Below are positions 1-9,487 of a DNA stretch of 33,888 bases, one piece after another. Source of the DNA: a virus (lineage: Duplodnaviria > Heunggongvirae > Uroviricota > Caudoviricetes). Under the pieces are notes generated by a model. That model was not told the DNA's origin. It made no database searches and was given only the letters and a program-made list of their open reading frames with translations. The stretch is from the IMG/VR virus record IMGVR_UViG_2585427782_000001; one strand, given 5' to 3'. Positions within the stretch are counted from its first letter, which is position 1. Every line of letters starts with the position of its first letter. The translations under genes and the position numbers were made by a program.

Positions 1-72
1 ACGGAGTTTTCAGGGGGAAATGAAACCCGCCCACGTAACATCGCCTTCAATTATATTGTGAGAGCTGCATAA
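1..72 (+). CDS. 3' end of an alternative tail-fibre C-terminal (variable) segment; partial, enters from upstream of the window
   Basis: Frame 1 is open from base 1 to TAA at 70-72 (..TEFSGGNETRPRNIAFNYIVRAA*). The stop overlaps the ATG of the plus-strand tfa copy (TAATG), mirroring the fibre/tfa junction on the minus strand. Confidence 0.3.
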   Translation, partial: TEFSGGNETRPRNIAFNYIVRAA

Positions 73-674
73 TGAATAACGCGATATTAAATAATGACCT
101 TATTGCCGTACAGGCGGGAAACGTCATCGTTTATAACTATGATGGTGAGACGCGGGAATATATTTCCGAATCAACTGAATATCTTGCTGTGGGTGTTGGT
201 ATTCCGGCATGTTCCTGTTTAGAGGCTCCTGGTACACATAAGGATGGTTATTCAATTTGCCGCTCTGTGGATTTAAATTCATGGGAATATGTGCCGGACC
301 ATCGCGGTGAAATTGTCTTTAGCACCGAAACAGGAGAATCAAAAGAAATCACAGCACCGGGTGATTACCCTGATAATACAACCACTCTCGCACCGTTAAC
401 GCCATACGATAAATGGGATGGTGAAAAATGGGTGACAGATACTGAGGCACAGCATAGTGCCGCAGTAGGCGCGGCAGAAGCACAGCGTCAGTCACTGATT
501 GATACTGCAATGGCTTCCATTAGTCTGATTCAACTGAAATTGCAGACCGGGCGGAAGCTGACGCAGACAGAAAACACCCGACTTAACGCTGTGCTGGATT
601 ACATTGACGCGGTGACGGCAACTGATACCAGCACCGCGCCGGATATCAATTGGCCTGCTCCCCCGGAGGCGTAG
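72..674 (+). CDS. tail fibre assembly protein (Tfa), second copy in inverted orientation
   Basis: 200-aa ORF. C-terminal half (..[32 protein letters not shown]) matches the conserved Tfa C-terminus recalled from lambda Tfa / Mu U. Convergent with and overlapping the minus-strand tfa. Confidence 0.8.
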   Translation: [200 protein letters not shown]

Positions 675-1062
675 GCCAGACGGGATTTGATGTATCAACG
701 CGCATCAGCAAGACCCGGTATTTTTTCCATTCAGATAACGCGGCGGTTTCTTCTGCCGTCGCGATTTCCGCATCAAAAGCATCCTGTCTCCAGACTATTT
801 CCTTATCAGCCATAGAACGCAATACCGTTCTTTTCTGTTCAGCCTGAATAATCTGTTGTTCAGCGGAGAGTGGCGGGATATCAATCCACGCAGGATTACC
901 ATTTTTATCAGCCCCCAGCGTTTTGCCTTCTGGCGCTACGCCTGTGTAAATTGCCATTGTTTCATCATCAACATCAGCGCCATTTTCAGGCCATGAACCG
1001 GCGCTGATATATACATCTTTTAGTGCTTCCGGATAGAAAGAGCCTTTATAAAATTTATTCAT
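646..1062 (-). CDS. tail fibre assembly protein (Tfa)
   Basis: Starts [12 protein letters not shown] at an ATG 2 nt after the fibre stop. C-terminus ..[36 protein letters not shown] closely resembles lambda Tfa (..[36 protein letters not shown]). The ORF track's 646..1092 uses an upstream in-frame start. Confidence 0.8.
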   Translation of the reverse strand: [138 protein letters not shown]

Positions 1063-1064
1063 TC

Positions 1065-1823
1065 TTAATACCCCAGCGCGATAAAACAACAATCTTCGGT
1101 GCCCTCTCCGGATGGCGACCAGTTCTGAATACTGATATGCGTTCTGCTGGCAATACGCACATTCATCGCGGCATTGTAGCCAGATGTTCCACGGTTTCCG
1201 GTCGCAAACAAACCTGCATAGGGAAAAGCAAATGGTAAGGCATATCCAGCATCAACTCCCTTTTGTGTTGCCACCGTTCCCCACTGCAACATAAGTTTCA
1301 CCGGGTTTCCTGTCGTCGCAATGCATGGAATGTAGATGTAGCCATTACCTGACATCATTGACCTGAAGCTGTCTAAATCCAGTAACTTCGAGGCATTATC
1401 TGCTCCAACATCTCGTGTTGCAGCGGTCCCTAACTGGAGCGCATTTCGGAAGGCTGATACATCAGAAATATCATATCCATTAGCCGATTTCTGCATAGCT
1501 CCGGAGGCTTTATCTATCGTTTCTCCCAAACTAAGGTTTTCGAGAGCCGTTTGCACAGTGCCATCCGATTTGATATCGCCAAACGGATTCTTGCGGCTTA
1601 ACAGCAGCGTACGAAGCGCGGTAAGCAACTGGTCGTGCCGCGCCTTCTCCAGGCTGGCACCGGAGGCCTCCACCACGCTACAAAGTTCTTCCTGCAACAT
1701 GTCAAAGTAGTCATCATCCAGATCGGTGGCAGGTGTGCCGGTCTGGGGGTTACCACGGGTAAAACCGTTCTTACCCGCGCCGAACTTATCCTTCTGCGCG
1801 GTTTTCGTGTCTATACGATGCAT
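1065..1823 (-). CDS. tail fibre protein (short Mu S-like fibre with constant N-terminus and variable C-terminus)
   Basis: 252-aa ORF directly downstream of the baseplate genes and upstream of tfa; it contains the hix/gix-like site at 1521-1546. Confidence 0.7.
   Translation of the reverse strand: MHRIDTKTAQKDKFGAGKNGFTRGNPQTGTPATDLDDDYFDMLQEELCSVVEASGASLEKARHDQLLTALRTLLLSRKNPFGDIKSDGTVQTALENLSLGETIDKASGAMQKSANGYDISDVSAFRNALQLGTAATRDVGADNASKLLDLDSFRSMMSGNGYIYIPCIATTGNPVKLMLQWGTVATQKGVDAGYALPFAFPYAGLFATGNRGTSGYNAAMNVRIASRTHISIQNWSPSGEGTEDCCFIALGY
1521..1546. other. candidate Hin/Gin/Pin-family inversion crossover site inside the tail fibre gene
   Basis: ttctcccaaactaaggttttcgagag matches the recalled hixL site TTCTTGAAAACCAAGGTTTTTGATAA at about 19 of 26 positions, including the AAAC-N-AAGGTTTT core and central AA. 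Confidence 0.5.
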
Positions 1824-1826
1824 GGA

Positions 1827-2411
1827 TTACTCCGGATATTTAAAAATTACGTAGGTATGCGAAGGGCAGAGTTTGTTAAGCACGCACTCGACAACGGTGT
1901 CGCCCCAGATACGCAGTGCGGAATCACAGGGATCGCCACATGTCATCCAGGTGGTGTTGGTGGCGGCTGGCATGTTGACCTGCCAGTAATACCGCCATTC
2001 CGGCGCATTCACTGCGTCAGTACAGGCCGATGAGCAGGTGAACGTGCTTTTATCGTATCGCGTGATAGTGGCGTCTGGTCTGCCCAGGGCAGCAAGCTGT
2101 GCAAGGTAAAAATCCTCATTGATGCCGCCCGCCAGATTAACCTTCGCATCCAGCCGTTGCTGACGCTGGCGAAGGGTCTGTGTCCCTGCGGGAATACATT
2201 CATCCGGCAGGCCGCACAGACGCTCCCAGCGATTTATCAGTTCGGTGGTGGTGCGCGGATCCAGCTCCCGCATCAGGGCATCCGCACGCTGATGAACGCG
2301 GGTTAATGACGGTGCCGCACCGGCAATCGCCGGATCGCTGGCTGACCACGCCGGACCGGGGGGCAACAGTGCCGACAACAGACGGATGTAATCATCGTTT
2401 GTCACGTCCAT
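1827..2411 (-). CDS. Mu gp48-like tail protein (DUF2313-type)
   Basis: 194-aa ORF between the baseplate J-like gene and the tail fibre, matching Mu/P2-type tail gene order; family assignment by position and recalled similarity. Confidence 0.65.
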   Translation of the reverse strand: MDVTNDDYIRLLSALLPPGPAWSASDPAIAGAAPSLTRVHQRADALMRELDPRTTTELINRWERLCGLPDECIPAGTQTLRQRQQRLDAKVNLAGGINEDFYLAQLAALGRPDATITRYDKSTFTCSSACTDAVNAPEWRYYWQVNMPAATNTTWMTCGDPCDSALRIWGDTVVECVLNKLCPSHTYVIFKYPE

Positions 2412-3460
2412 GAAATCGTCCCCAGTACCGCCAGTTCATTTTTTGCAATGGAGATATTGTCTGCCGGTGCAAGCAACTGATGGCTGTATTCCCCGTTCGC
2501 ACCGGAAATCGCTTCACTGATACGCGACACCTTCAGTTCTCCCTGCGGATAACCATCACGCAGCAGGAACGAACGCAACTCGGTGGTGATGGCAGCCCGT
2601 ATTTCTGGTGTATCCGGCGTCACACGGATATGAAAATCCACCGTATGCGCCACCGGCCTGAACACATACAAATCAGAGCCTGCCACCGGGGCCAGTGGCC
2701 CGATATGTTGTCTTGCCGCCGTTTCCGTTGATTCTTCCGGAATGGGATTAATCAGGTCGCTGCTGGCAATCATCACACCGACAGTCCCCGTTCCCATCCA
2801 GTGTCGGTATGTCCATGCGCGGGTAATGCCGGGCACTTCTTTAGCCCAGACGACATAGTCCCCGTCAGCCCCGCCCTGAGGCGTCCAGTAATACCGCTCA
2901 ATGACGCGGGCGCGCCACGTTTCCAGCTCTTCAGTATCAAATCCACCTGTCAGTGTATCTGCCACGCCGGAAGACGGCAGACCATTCACCGGCGTGACCA
3001 GGATTAATGACGTACCGTCGTCAGCGTTACCGACCGCGCCTGCACTTGAGCAGGCGATCGGCACGCGCAGGACACCACCGGAGCTGGTTGCATCGGCAGT
3101 TGCCGTGTACTGAACCAGGTCATCGCGCTGAATAACACTCCCGGCGGTCACCTTCAGGCCATCGCTGACACCTTCCCAGCGCATATACCCGCTGGCAGCC
3201 GTGGCCCCCTTGCGCGGACACCGTTTCATCGCAGCATGTCGCGCCAGCCAGGACTCATCGCACAGGTCAGGCAGCATGTTCATTGCCAGATAATCGATGT
3301 ACCCGTAAACCGTATGCAGCGCCGCCGCATACACCTTTGCCCGCACGTCTTCATCCATGCGCCGGAGCGTGTCGCTGACGTCCAGCCTGGCGAATAAATC
3401 GTTACGGAGCATACTGATATTTTCTGCCAGCGTCGGGCGCTGAAATTCACTGTCCGCCAT
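2402..3460 (-). CDS. baseplate J-like protein (Mu gp47 / P2 gpJ family)
   Basis: 352-aa ORF; size and position in the baseplate operon; overlaps its neighbours by a few nt as in coupled operons. Confidence 0.75.
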   Translation of the reverse strand: MADSEFQRPTLAENISMLRNDLFARLDVSDTLRRMDEDVRAKVYAAALHTVYGYIDYLAMNMLPDLCDESWLARHAAMKRCPRKGATAASGYMRWEGVSDGLKVTAGSVIQRDDLVQYTATADATSSGGVLRVPIACSSAGAVGNADDGTSLILVTPVNGLPSSGVADTLTGGFDTEELETWRARVIERYYWTPQGGADGDYVVWAKEVPGITRAWTYRHWMGTGTVGVMIASSDLINPIPEESTETAARQHIGPLAPVAGSDLYVFRPVAHTVDFHIRVTPDTPEIRAAITTELRSFLLRDGYPQGELKVSRISEAISGANGEYSHQLLAPADNISIAKNELAVLGTISWT

Positions 3461-3875
3461 GCGTTATCGCACTCCACAGATCATCAAAAGAAATCATTAC
3501 CGGTCCGTCACGACGCCAGAGAGTGATACTGTTACCCAGTTCATTAATCCCGGTGCGGCGGATATCCAGATCAATACGGGACACCACGCCGTCATCAATC
3601 ATCCATTGCAGGCATTCGCGGATATACCCCCTTACCGTCTGCACCAGCTGATTGGTCAGTTTGCTGCGCTGAAGCAGCCACAGTCGGGAGCCGTAACGGT
3701 CATTCTGTACCGCAGGCCAGGTATCCCCCCACCATCCCATCGGGACGTCGGCGTTGTCATCAGGCTCCGCCCGCCGCCAGGTAAACAGGGAAATCACCAC
3801 GGCGCGGGTCAGCGGATCCAGCGGTGCGCTGGCGCAGGTGCGTTTACCGTTCACCGTCAGCCACAGTTCCATCAT
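3447..3875 (-). CDS. baseplate protein (Mu gp46-like)
   Basis: 142-aa ORF between the baseplate V-like and J-like genes. Confidence 0.6.
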   Translation of the reverse strand: MMELWLTVNGKRTCASAPLDPLTRAVVISLFTWRRAEPDDNADVPMGWWGDTWPAVQNDRYGSRLWLLQRSKLTNQLVQTVRGYIRECLQWMIDDGVVSRIDLDIRRTGINELGNSITLWRRDGPVMISFDDLWSAITHGGQ

Positions 3876-4420
3876 GCCTCCATCGCTTTATCCGGTTTGT
3901 CGGTGTTACTGCCCTGACCGTTCTCTCTGTGACGATGCCCGTTATAGGCAAGCCGCATCGCTGACATGGTGGTGCCGCTGGAGTCGCACAGGTCTTTCAC
4001 CTGTCCGGTCACTTCCAGGTCCATTTCAAAACGAGCCTTAGGCGCATTGCGAAACGTGATCGTTTTACCTGCACCGTCCACCACGATCCCCGCCCGGGTC
4101 AGCGTCACGGACTGCCCCTGATCGTCATAGACAGCCACCTCACCCGTCTGCAGCCCTTTCAGGCGGTAGCGCCGGTCCGACACCGTAACAACCACCGCAT
4201 GAGAACGGTCACCATCCGGAAACAACACCACCGCTTCCGCACCGCTGTTTGCCCTTGCTGTAAAACCGTAGGGTTCAAGATGTTCAACCCCGGCTTTGGG
4301 TTCACCGGCAATCAGGGACACATCCACGGTCTGACATTTCGTGGCGGCACTGATGCTTTTCACCACGGCCCGCCCAATCAGGCCGAGGAGTTGTCGCTGC
4401 ATGGCTTCAATCGTCCTCAT
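3872..4420 (-). CDS. baseplate assembly protein V / spike (Mu gp45-like)
   Basis: 182-aa ORF; position in the conserved myovirus baseplate gene order. Confidence 0.65.
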   Translation of the reverse strand: MRTIEAMQRQLLGLIGRAVVKSISAATKCQTVDVSLIAGEPKAGVEHLEPYGFTARANSGAEAVVLFPDGDRSHAVVVTVSDRRYRLKGLQTGEVAVYDDQGQSVTLTRAGIVVDGAGKTITFRNAPKARFEMDLEVTGQVKDLCDSSGTTMSAMRLAYNGHRHRENGQGSNTDKPDKAMEA

Positions 4421-5499
4421 CAGAACGGGTCCTCCTGTACTCTGGCTTTTTTCTTTTTCCGCGCGCCGGGGGCTTCGGGTTCAGGCAGATAAGCATCAGG
4501 CGGGCCGACACGGATTTCCGTCAGGGTGCCGTTCTGGTCCTGAGTAAACGTGACTTCCGAGACAAGCAGTTCGGTATTGTCGAAACCACAGACCGGATCG
4601 AAGACAATCACCCGCTGGTTGGGTTGCCACAGCGTACCGTTACCCTGTCGCCAGCCCTGCACCACATAGGTGGTTTCATCCGTCCGCGCCGCCCGTTGTC
4701 GGGCTTCAAAGTCCGCACGGGCAATACAGCCTGCCCCCGTAGCCTGCCCTGTCTGCCTGATATACATCGGACGGTAACGGGCAATAAATGCGTCCTCTGT
4801 GCGGGCCCGCAGCGCGGTGGTGGTGGCCTCACCGAAATCATCGTCGTTTCCGGCACGCTGCCCCGCCACCTGGTAAACAGAAAACCGCTCCCGGATACTC
4901 TTCTCCGTATCGCAGGAAAGGATGTTTTCCCCGAGTACCAGCGCAGTATGTGCCCGCGTTGAGCCAATACCGCCAATCACCAGCCTGCCGTGCGGGTCGT
5001 CGTAAGCCAGTGCCTGCTGCTGACCGAGTATTTTGTTGATTACCTCAATCACCGTTTCACCGTGATCAGGCTGGACATCAGGAATAACACCCGACGGCGC
5101 ACCGCTGTTCACCACCTCAATGCCGAAAGGCGCAGCAAGCGCCTGCGCAATCTGCACCAGCGAGCGTCCGTTAAACTGTGTCGGTTCGGCTGCACAGTCA
5201 ATCAGGTCAGCAGTCAGACTACGTCCGGCAATACCGGTGCTGACCGAACGGGCATCGTAACGAACGGGCGTCGCCTCCACCCAGCCGGTGATCACCAGCT
5301 CATCACCAATCAGCACTTCCACTTTTGAACCGTTTTTAATGCGCGGCTGAAGCGTGGTGATACCCTCATCTCCCGGCCACTGGCGGGTAATCTCCACGCT
5401 GAAATCCCGCGCCAGTCGTTCAATACCGGCACCGATGCGCACCGATGTCCAGCCATTCCACTCCCGGCCATTTACCCGTAGCGTGACATTGTCGTTCAT
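4420..5499 (-). CDS. baseplate hub / tail protein (Mu gp44, P2 gpD-like)
   Basis: 359-aa ORF following the DNA circulation-like gene; contains a lysine run near the C-terminus. Confidence 0.65.
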   Translation of the reverse strand: MNDNVTLRVNGREWNGWTSVRIGAGIERLARDFSVEITRQWPGDEGITTLQPRIKNGSKVEVLIGDELVITGWVEATPVRYDARSVSTGIAGRSLTADLIDCAAEPTQFNGRSLVQIAQALAAPFGIEVVNSGAPSGVIPDVQPDHGETVIEVINKILGQQQALAYDDPHGRLVIGGIGSTRAHTALVLGENILSCDTEKSIRERFSVYQVAGQRAGNDDDFGEATTTALRARTEDAFIARYRPMYIRQTGQATGAGCIARADFEARQRAARTDETTYVVQGWRQGNGTLWQPNQRVIVFDPVCGFDNTELLVSEVTFTQDQNGTLTEIRVGPPDAYLPEPEAPGARKKKKARVQEDPF

Positions 5500-6866
5500 T
5501 GCACTGGCACCTTCAGAGGGATCACCGGCACAAAGCCGGGATGCGTAATGGCATTACGCCGGATAATGTCCGCGTCACGCGCCGCGTTATCAAACCAGGT
5601 CGCCGCCAGCACCAGCGCGGGTAAAACCTCATCCGGTGTGCGCTGAATGATCCGTGCAGACTGTTCAAGGCGCGTGTTGATATCCGCATTCAGATCTGCT
5701 TTCACCCGGCGCAGCGCCAGAAACAGCGCATCACTGGTTGTACGGGACAACTCCTTATCAATTGCCGTATTCAGTGTGTCGCGAATGTCAGTCAGTTCTT
5801 CCCACGTCGGCAGGTCAACCGTGTTTTTCACCGCCGGTGCATTGTTCAGTGCCGGATGCGTGACGGAAGGCCAGCCAGTGCTCTGCGCGGGTGTTGTTGC
5901 CTGCCCCACTGCGGAATTCTGCATCACCGCGGAAGTTGTTGGCGCAGGCAATCGTGTGACGGCATACGCCGCTTCGCTGATTGCGGTCGTACGAAGGGTG
6001 CTGGCAACCACGTTACGCTGCTGCGTCGCCGTGGCGGTGGTTTTACTGTCCGTTTTCCAGACGCCGCGCGGTTGCAGATCGCTGCCGAGGCTGACACCGG
6101 AAAGCGTTTTGATCATGGTGACCAGGTCGCTGGCGTTACCATAAAGGCGTTTCCCGGTACGCCACATTTTCTGCACCTGCTCAACGAAATTTTTGCCTGA
6201 CGATGGCGGCGGCAGAAGTACCGAGATATCCCCCTGCAACAGCCTGGCGGCATCCGATACGGCAGAATCCACCACTTTCATCGCATCAGAAACATACCCC
6301 AGCATTATGCTGGCATTACCGATAACGTCGTTCTGCACGAAATCCGCCACACCATCGATACTGAAACCGCTGAAGCTGTCACTGATGCAGTCATCCAGTG
6401 CAGAACAGGATGACATCAGCGTCTGCGCCGTCGCCGCACCTGATGTGGGGTAAGAGAGTTCTCCTGCTTCGACAAACTTCAGGTCAAAGCGGACAATACG
6501 CCCTTCACTTTTCGATGTGCTGACCCGAACTTCCCCGTCAACACAGACTTTCAGCTCACCATATGTCGGGTGGACAAGCGTGCCGGGACCGGGTTTATTC
6601 AGCGCTTCAATCAGGCGATCGCGCTGGTCAAAGCAGTCATCTCCCACCACATAAGCTGTGATGGACGGGCGGAAAGTGACTTTTCCCAGATCTTCGGTAT
6701 AGGGTTTGTCGCGGTTCGGGTATTCGTGCGTTTCCACACGACGACCGGTTCCCGCACTTTCTTCTTCAACCTTAAACGGCACACCGCGAAATGACGCGTC
6801 CTGAAGTCTGTCTTTCCACGTCATATAAACTCCGTACATAAAAAATCCCACCGGAGTGGGACTCAT
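5496..6866 (-). CDS. Mu gp43-like DNA circulation protein (tail/baseplate)
   Basis: 456-aa ORF immediately downstream of the tape measure gene, as in Mu. Confidence 0.65.
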   Translation of the reverse strand: MSPTPVGFFMYGVYMTWKDRLQDASFRGVPFKVEEESAGTGRRVETHEYPNRDKPYTEDLGKVTFRPSITAYVVGDDCFDQRDRLIEALNKPGPGTLVHPTYGELKVCVDGEVRVSTSKSEGRIVRFDLKFVEAGELSYPTSGAATAQTLMSSCSALDDCISDSFSGFSIDGVADFVQNDVIGNASIMLGYVSDAMKVVDSAVSDAARLLQGDISVLLPPPSSGKNFVEQVQKMWRTGKRLYGNASDLVTMIKTLSGVSLGSDLQPRGVWKTDSKTTATATQQRNVVASTLRTTAISEAAYAVTRLPAPTTSAVMQNSAVGQATTPAQSTGWPSVTHPALNNAPAVKNTVDLPTWEELTDIRDTLNTAIDKELSRTTSDALFLALRRVKADLNADINTRLEQSARIIQRTPDEVLPALVLAATWFDNAARDADIIRRNAITHPGFVPVIPLKVPVQ

Positions 6867-6884
6867 TAACAGATTAATTTTTCA

Positions 6885-8720
6885 TTACCTGCCAAAGCGC
6901 GTATAGCCAACATCATGGCTGACATCAAAACCGCTGGATCGCGTTTCCATAACCCGCATACCCGGAGGCGAATTCACAAAAGAGACCTTGATCTCACCAT
7001 CAACTTTTGGCGCAGAAGCTTTGTTAATCATGAAGGGGTTCGGGCCTGTGACATCGGAGGCGTTGTTTGACTGAGCCGGATCCACCACCGGATAAGGTGT
7101 GTATCCCCGCGCCGGTATTCCCGTCCCATAAGCATCATAAGCACCCGCGCCCCACTGCGCAGAGTTAATGGCATCGACCGTGTCACCGGAACTGTCGGTA
7201 AACCACTCAATAATTGGCTTCAGCTTGTCCCACATATCCTGAAACCACTTAACAACCGGCCCCCAGTTATTGATCACCATCCCCAGCGGCGACCAGGCAA
7301 AAACTTTCTTAAGGAGTTCCCAGCCAGCCTCAAAATAAGGACCAATGGTTTCCCAGAGTTTCTTAAAATAAGGTCCGACAACATCCCAGTTAGTGATAAT
7401 TAATCCCGCAGCCAGGGCTATCGCCGTCGCAATCATGCCAATCGGCGTCATCGACATGATCCTGCTGACAATACTGATGGCACCGCCAACACCCATCAAT
7501 CCCAGTTTCAGAATCGCAAGACCGGCAGCAAGCCCAACGACGCCGCGAATAACCCGGGGATTTTCATCCGCAAACTTCGTGAATTTCTCCCCCAACTCCC
7601 CCAGCCATTGCGTGATATTTTTAGCGTCACCAGAAAATGCGCCGCCAATAGCCGCAAGGCCGTTAGTTGCGGTCCCCGTCATTGCCTCCCACAGGTTGGA
7701 CAGCGTACCAAGCTGGGCCTGAACACGTTTATTCAGGCTGGCCTGTTTATTCATCTTCTGCTGGATCTGATCGTAGCCATCCTTTCCTTTATCGATTAGT
7801 GCATTGACCACCTGAAGGGTTTCGGCATCATCACCAAATATTGCCTTAAGTACACCTGTTCGCTTAACGTCGGTCAGTTTTCGCAGCTTTGCCAGTTGCC
7901 TGAACATGTTATCAAGACCGCCAAAACTTCCTTTGCCGTCAGTAAAATCGAGCTGTACCCCGAGTTTCTGGCGGGCCATGATTTTATTGACGTCCCTGAT
8001 TTTCTTAACGCTTAATCCGGACTGGATAACTTTTCGCAGGGCGTTACCTGCCGACTCCCCGTTCATCCCCATCTGATCCATCATGACGCTGATGGGGGCA
8101 AGGCTCTGTGCAGCCTGAAGACCGTCCTTGTTCACCATCTTCAGAACAGAGCTGGTTTTAGTGAAGAAGGACAACATGTTGGTATCGTCAACACCCAGAT
8201 AAAACGCCTTCTGGATAGTGTCGAACAGCCCCATCATGTCTTCTGACGCCGTTCCGGTAGCATCCTGCATCTTTGCAGCAAACTCAGCAGCCGCTTCCGG
8301 TGTTTTTTTCAGTTGTACCGCAAGATAAGCTGTCGCTTTACCCACACCACCAAGAATGTTTTCTGCCGGGATCCCCTGACGCACCAGCATCTGCATCATG
8401 TTCTGGAAATCAGCCGTTGTACCGGGTAGCTGGTTACCCAGGCCAATAGCCAGTTTATTGATGTCCTGAAAGCTCTTTCCAACCTCGCCGTTCGCATCCA
8501 TCATGGCGACTTTCAGCCCGGTGGCGGCGTTTTCCTGATCGGCATAAGATTTCAGGGAAAGCGTCAGACCAGCTGCCAGTCCGCCACCAAGCGCCAGCCC
8601 ACCCTGTGACGCTTCTTCCGCCTGGCGTTTAAATCCCCGGATTTTCTTTTGCATTTTCGACAGCGCGGGAGAAAGTCTGTCGACACCGGTGATCAACGCC
8701 TTAAGCTCAAATTCAGCCAT
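6885..8720 (-). CDS. tail tape measure protein
   Basis: 611-aa ORF with Ala/Gly-rich and hydrophobic segments typical of tape measure proteins; sits between the chaperone and baseplate genes. Confidence 0.85.
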   Translation of the reverse strand: MAEFELKALITGVDRLSPALSKMQKKIRGFKRQAEEASQGGLALGGGLAAGLTLSLKSYADQENAATGLKVAMMDANGEVGKSFQDINKLAIGLGNQLPGTTADFQNMMQMLVRQGIPAENILGGVGKATAYLAVQLKKTPEAAAEFAAKMQDATGTASEDMMGLFDTIQKAFYLGVDDTNMLSFFTKTSSVLKMVNKDGLQAAQSLAPISVMMDQMGMNGESAGNALRKVIQSGLSVKKIRDVNKIMARQKLGVQLDFTDGKGSFGGLDNMFRQLAKLRKLTDVKRTGVLKAIFGDDAETLQVVNALIDKGKDGYDQIQQKMNKQASLNKRVQAQLGTLSNLWEAMTGTATNGLAAIGGAFSGDAKNITQWLGELGEKFTKFADENPRVIRGVVGLAAGLAILKLGLMGVGGAISIVSRIMSMTPIGMIATAIALAAGLIITNWDVVGPYFKKLWETIGPYFEAGWELLKKVFAWSPLGMVINNWGPVVKWFQDMWDKLKPIIEWFTDSSGDTVDAINSAQWGAGAYDAYGTGIPARGYTPYPVVDPAQSNNASDVTGPNPFMINKASAPKVDGEIKVSFVNSPPGMRVMETRSSGFDVSHDVGYTRFGR

Positions 8721-8880
8721 GTGTGCGTTTCTCCTGCTCTATCCTGTTTGCCTGACTGACCAGCAAGGGAATTTCACTGATCGGCATATTCAGCAATTCG
8801 AAGGGATTAATGCGCCAGTAACTGGCGCAGTCAAAGAAGCGATCAGTGAGGTATTCAGCCGTCAGGCCTGGAGGAAAAAA
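8713..8880 (-). CDS. -1 frame extension of the tail assembly chaperone (predicted programmed frameshift product)
   Basis: The -1 frame is open from the slippery heptamer TTTTTTC (plus 8874-8880) to a stop at 8713, adding about 55 aa and ending in an ATGGCTGA overlap with the tape measure start. Confidence 0.55.
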   Translation of the reverse strand, partial: FFPPGLTAEYLTDRFFDCASYWRINPFELLNMPISEIPLLVSQANRIEQEKRTHG

Positions 8881-9131
8881 CCGGCCACAAGCCACGCCGC
8901 TGCATTCAGGTCTGCCGGAGACATCTGGTCGACAGAGCTTTGCGGCACTTTCGCCAGCCGCACAATGTATTTCGACACCACATGCGCCAGAAGTCTGACG
9001 GACTCATCCTGATTCATCTGGTAGGGATACCCCAGCTCGCGGACATCCTTCCCGGTGGGTTCATCAAACTCCAGTACGGAAAGTGTCTCACCATGAGCGA
9101 TAATCGGTTTCTTTAACTCAAGCTCTTTCAT
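8862..9131 (-). CDS. tail assembly chaperone (upstream ORF of a frameshift pair)
   Basis: 89-aa ORF between the tube and tape measure genes; ends ..AGFFLQA* just after a T_TTT_TTC slippery heptamer. Confidence 0.7.
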   Translation of the reverse strand: MKELELKKPIIAHGETLSVLEFDEPTGKDVRELGYPYQMNQDESVRLLAHVVSKYIVRLAKVPQSSVDQMSPADLNAAAWLVAGFFLQA

Positions 9132-9487
9132 TACTGGTAATCCCCTTCTTCACCGTGGAACTCAAGATCAACCGTGCCTTCTTCGGCATTATGGTTCGCT
9201 TCGCCGTGCAGCCAGGCGGACGACAATACATAGACCTGACCGTTCGCCAGCTCGGCAGTGATGGTCATCTCATCAGACGAGGTGATTTTGCTCACCGGAA
9301 AATTCTTCGGCACCTTGAAGGTCCCTTTGACATAAGGCGCACGGTGAGTTTCCTTGCGGTCCACTGAACCGTCCAGGCCGATGATGTCATCATTGACCGT
9401 CCTGTTCATGGGCACCTCAATGCCGCCGGTCAGCGATAGCTGCTGACCGTCAATTTTGAAATAACAGGTTCCCCCGATACGGGCCAT
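9131..9487 (-). CDS. tail tube protein (Mu M-like)
   Basis: 118-aa ORF immediately downstream of the sheath gene. Confidence 0.75.
   Translation of the reverse strand: MARIGGTCYFKIDGQQLSLTGGIEVPMNRTVNDDIIGLDGSVDRKETHRAPYVKGTFKVPKNFPVSKITSSDEMTITAELANGQVYVLSSAWLHGEANHNAEEGTVDLEFHGEEGDYQ

Noticed and set aside
5647-6200. Plus-strand ORFs of 165 and 114 aa
   Set aside because: Antisense within the Mu gp43-like gene; Cys/Arg-rich composition typical of out-of-frame translation.
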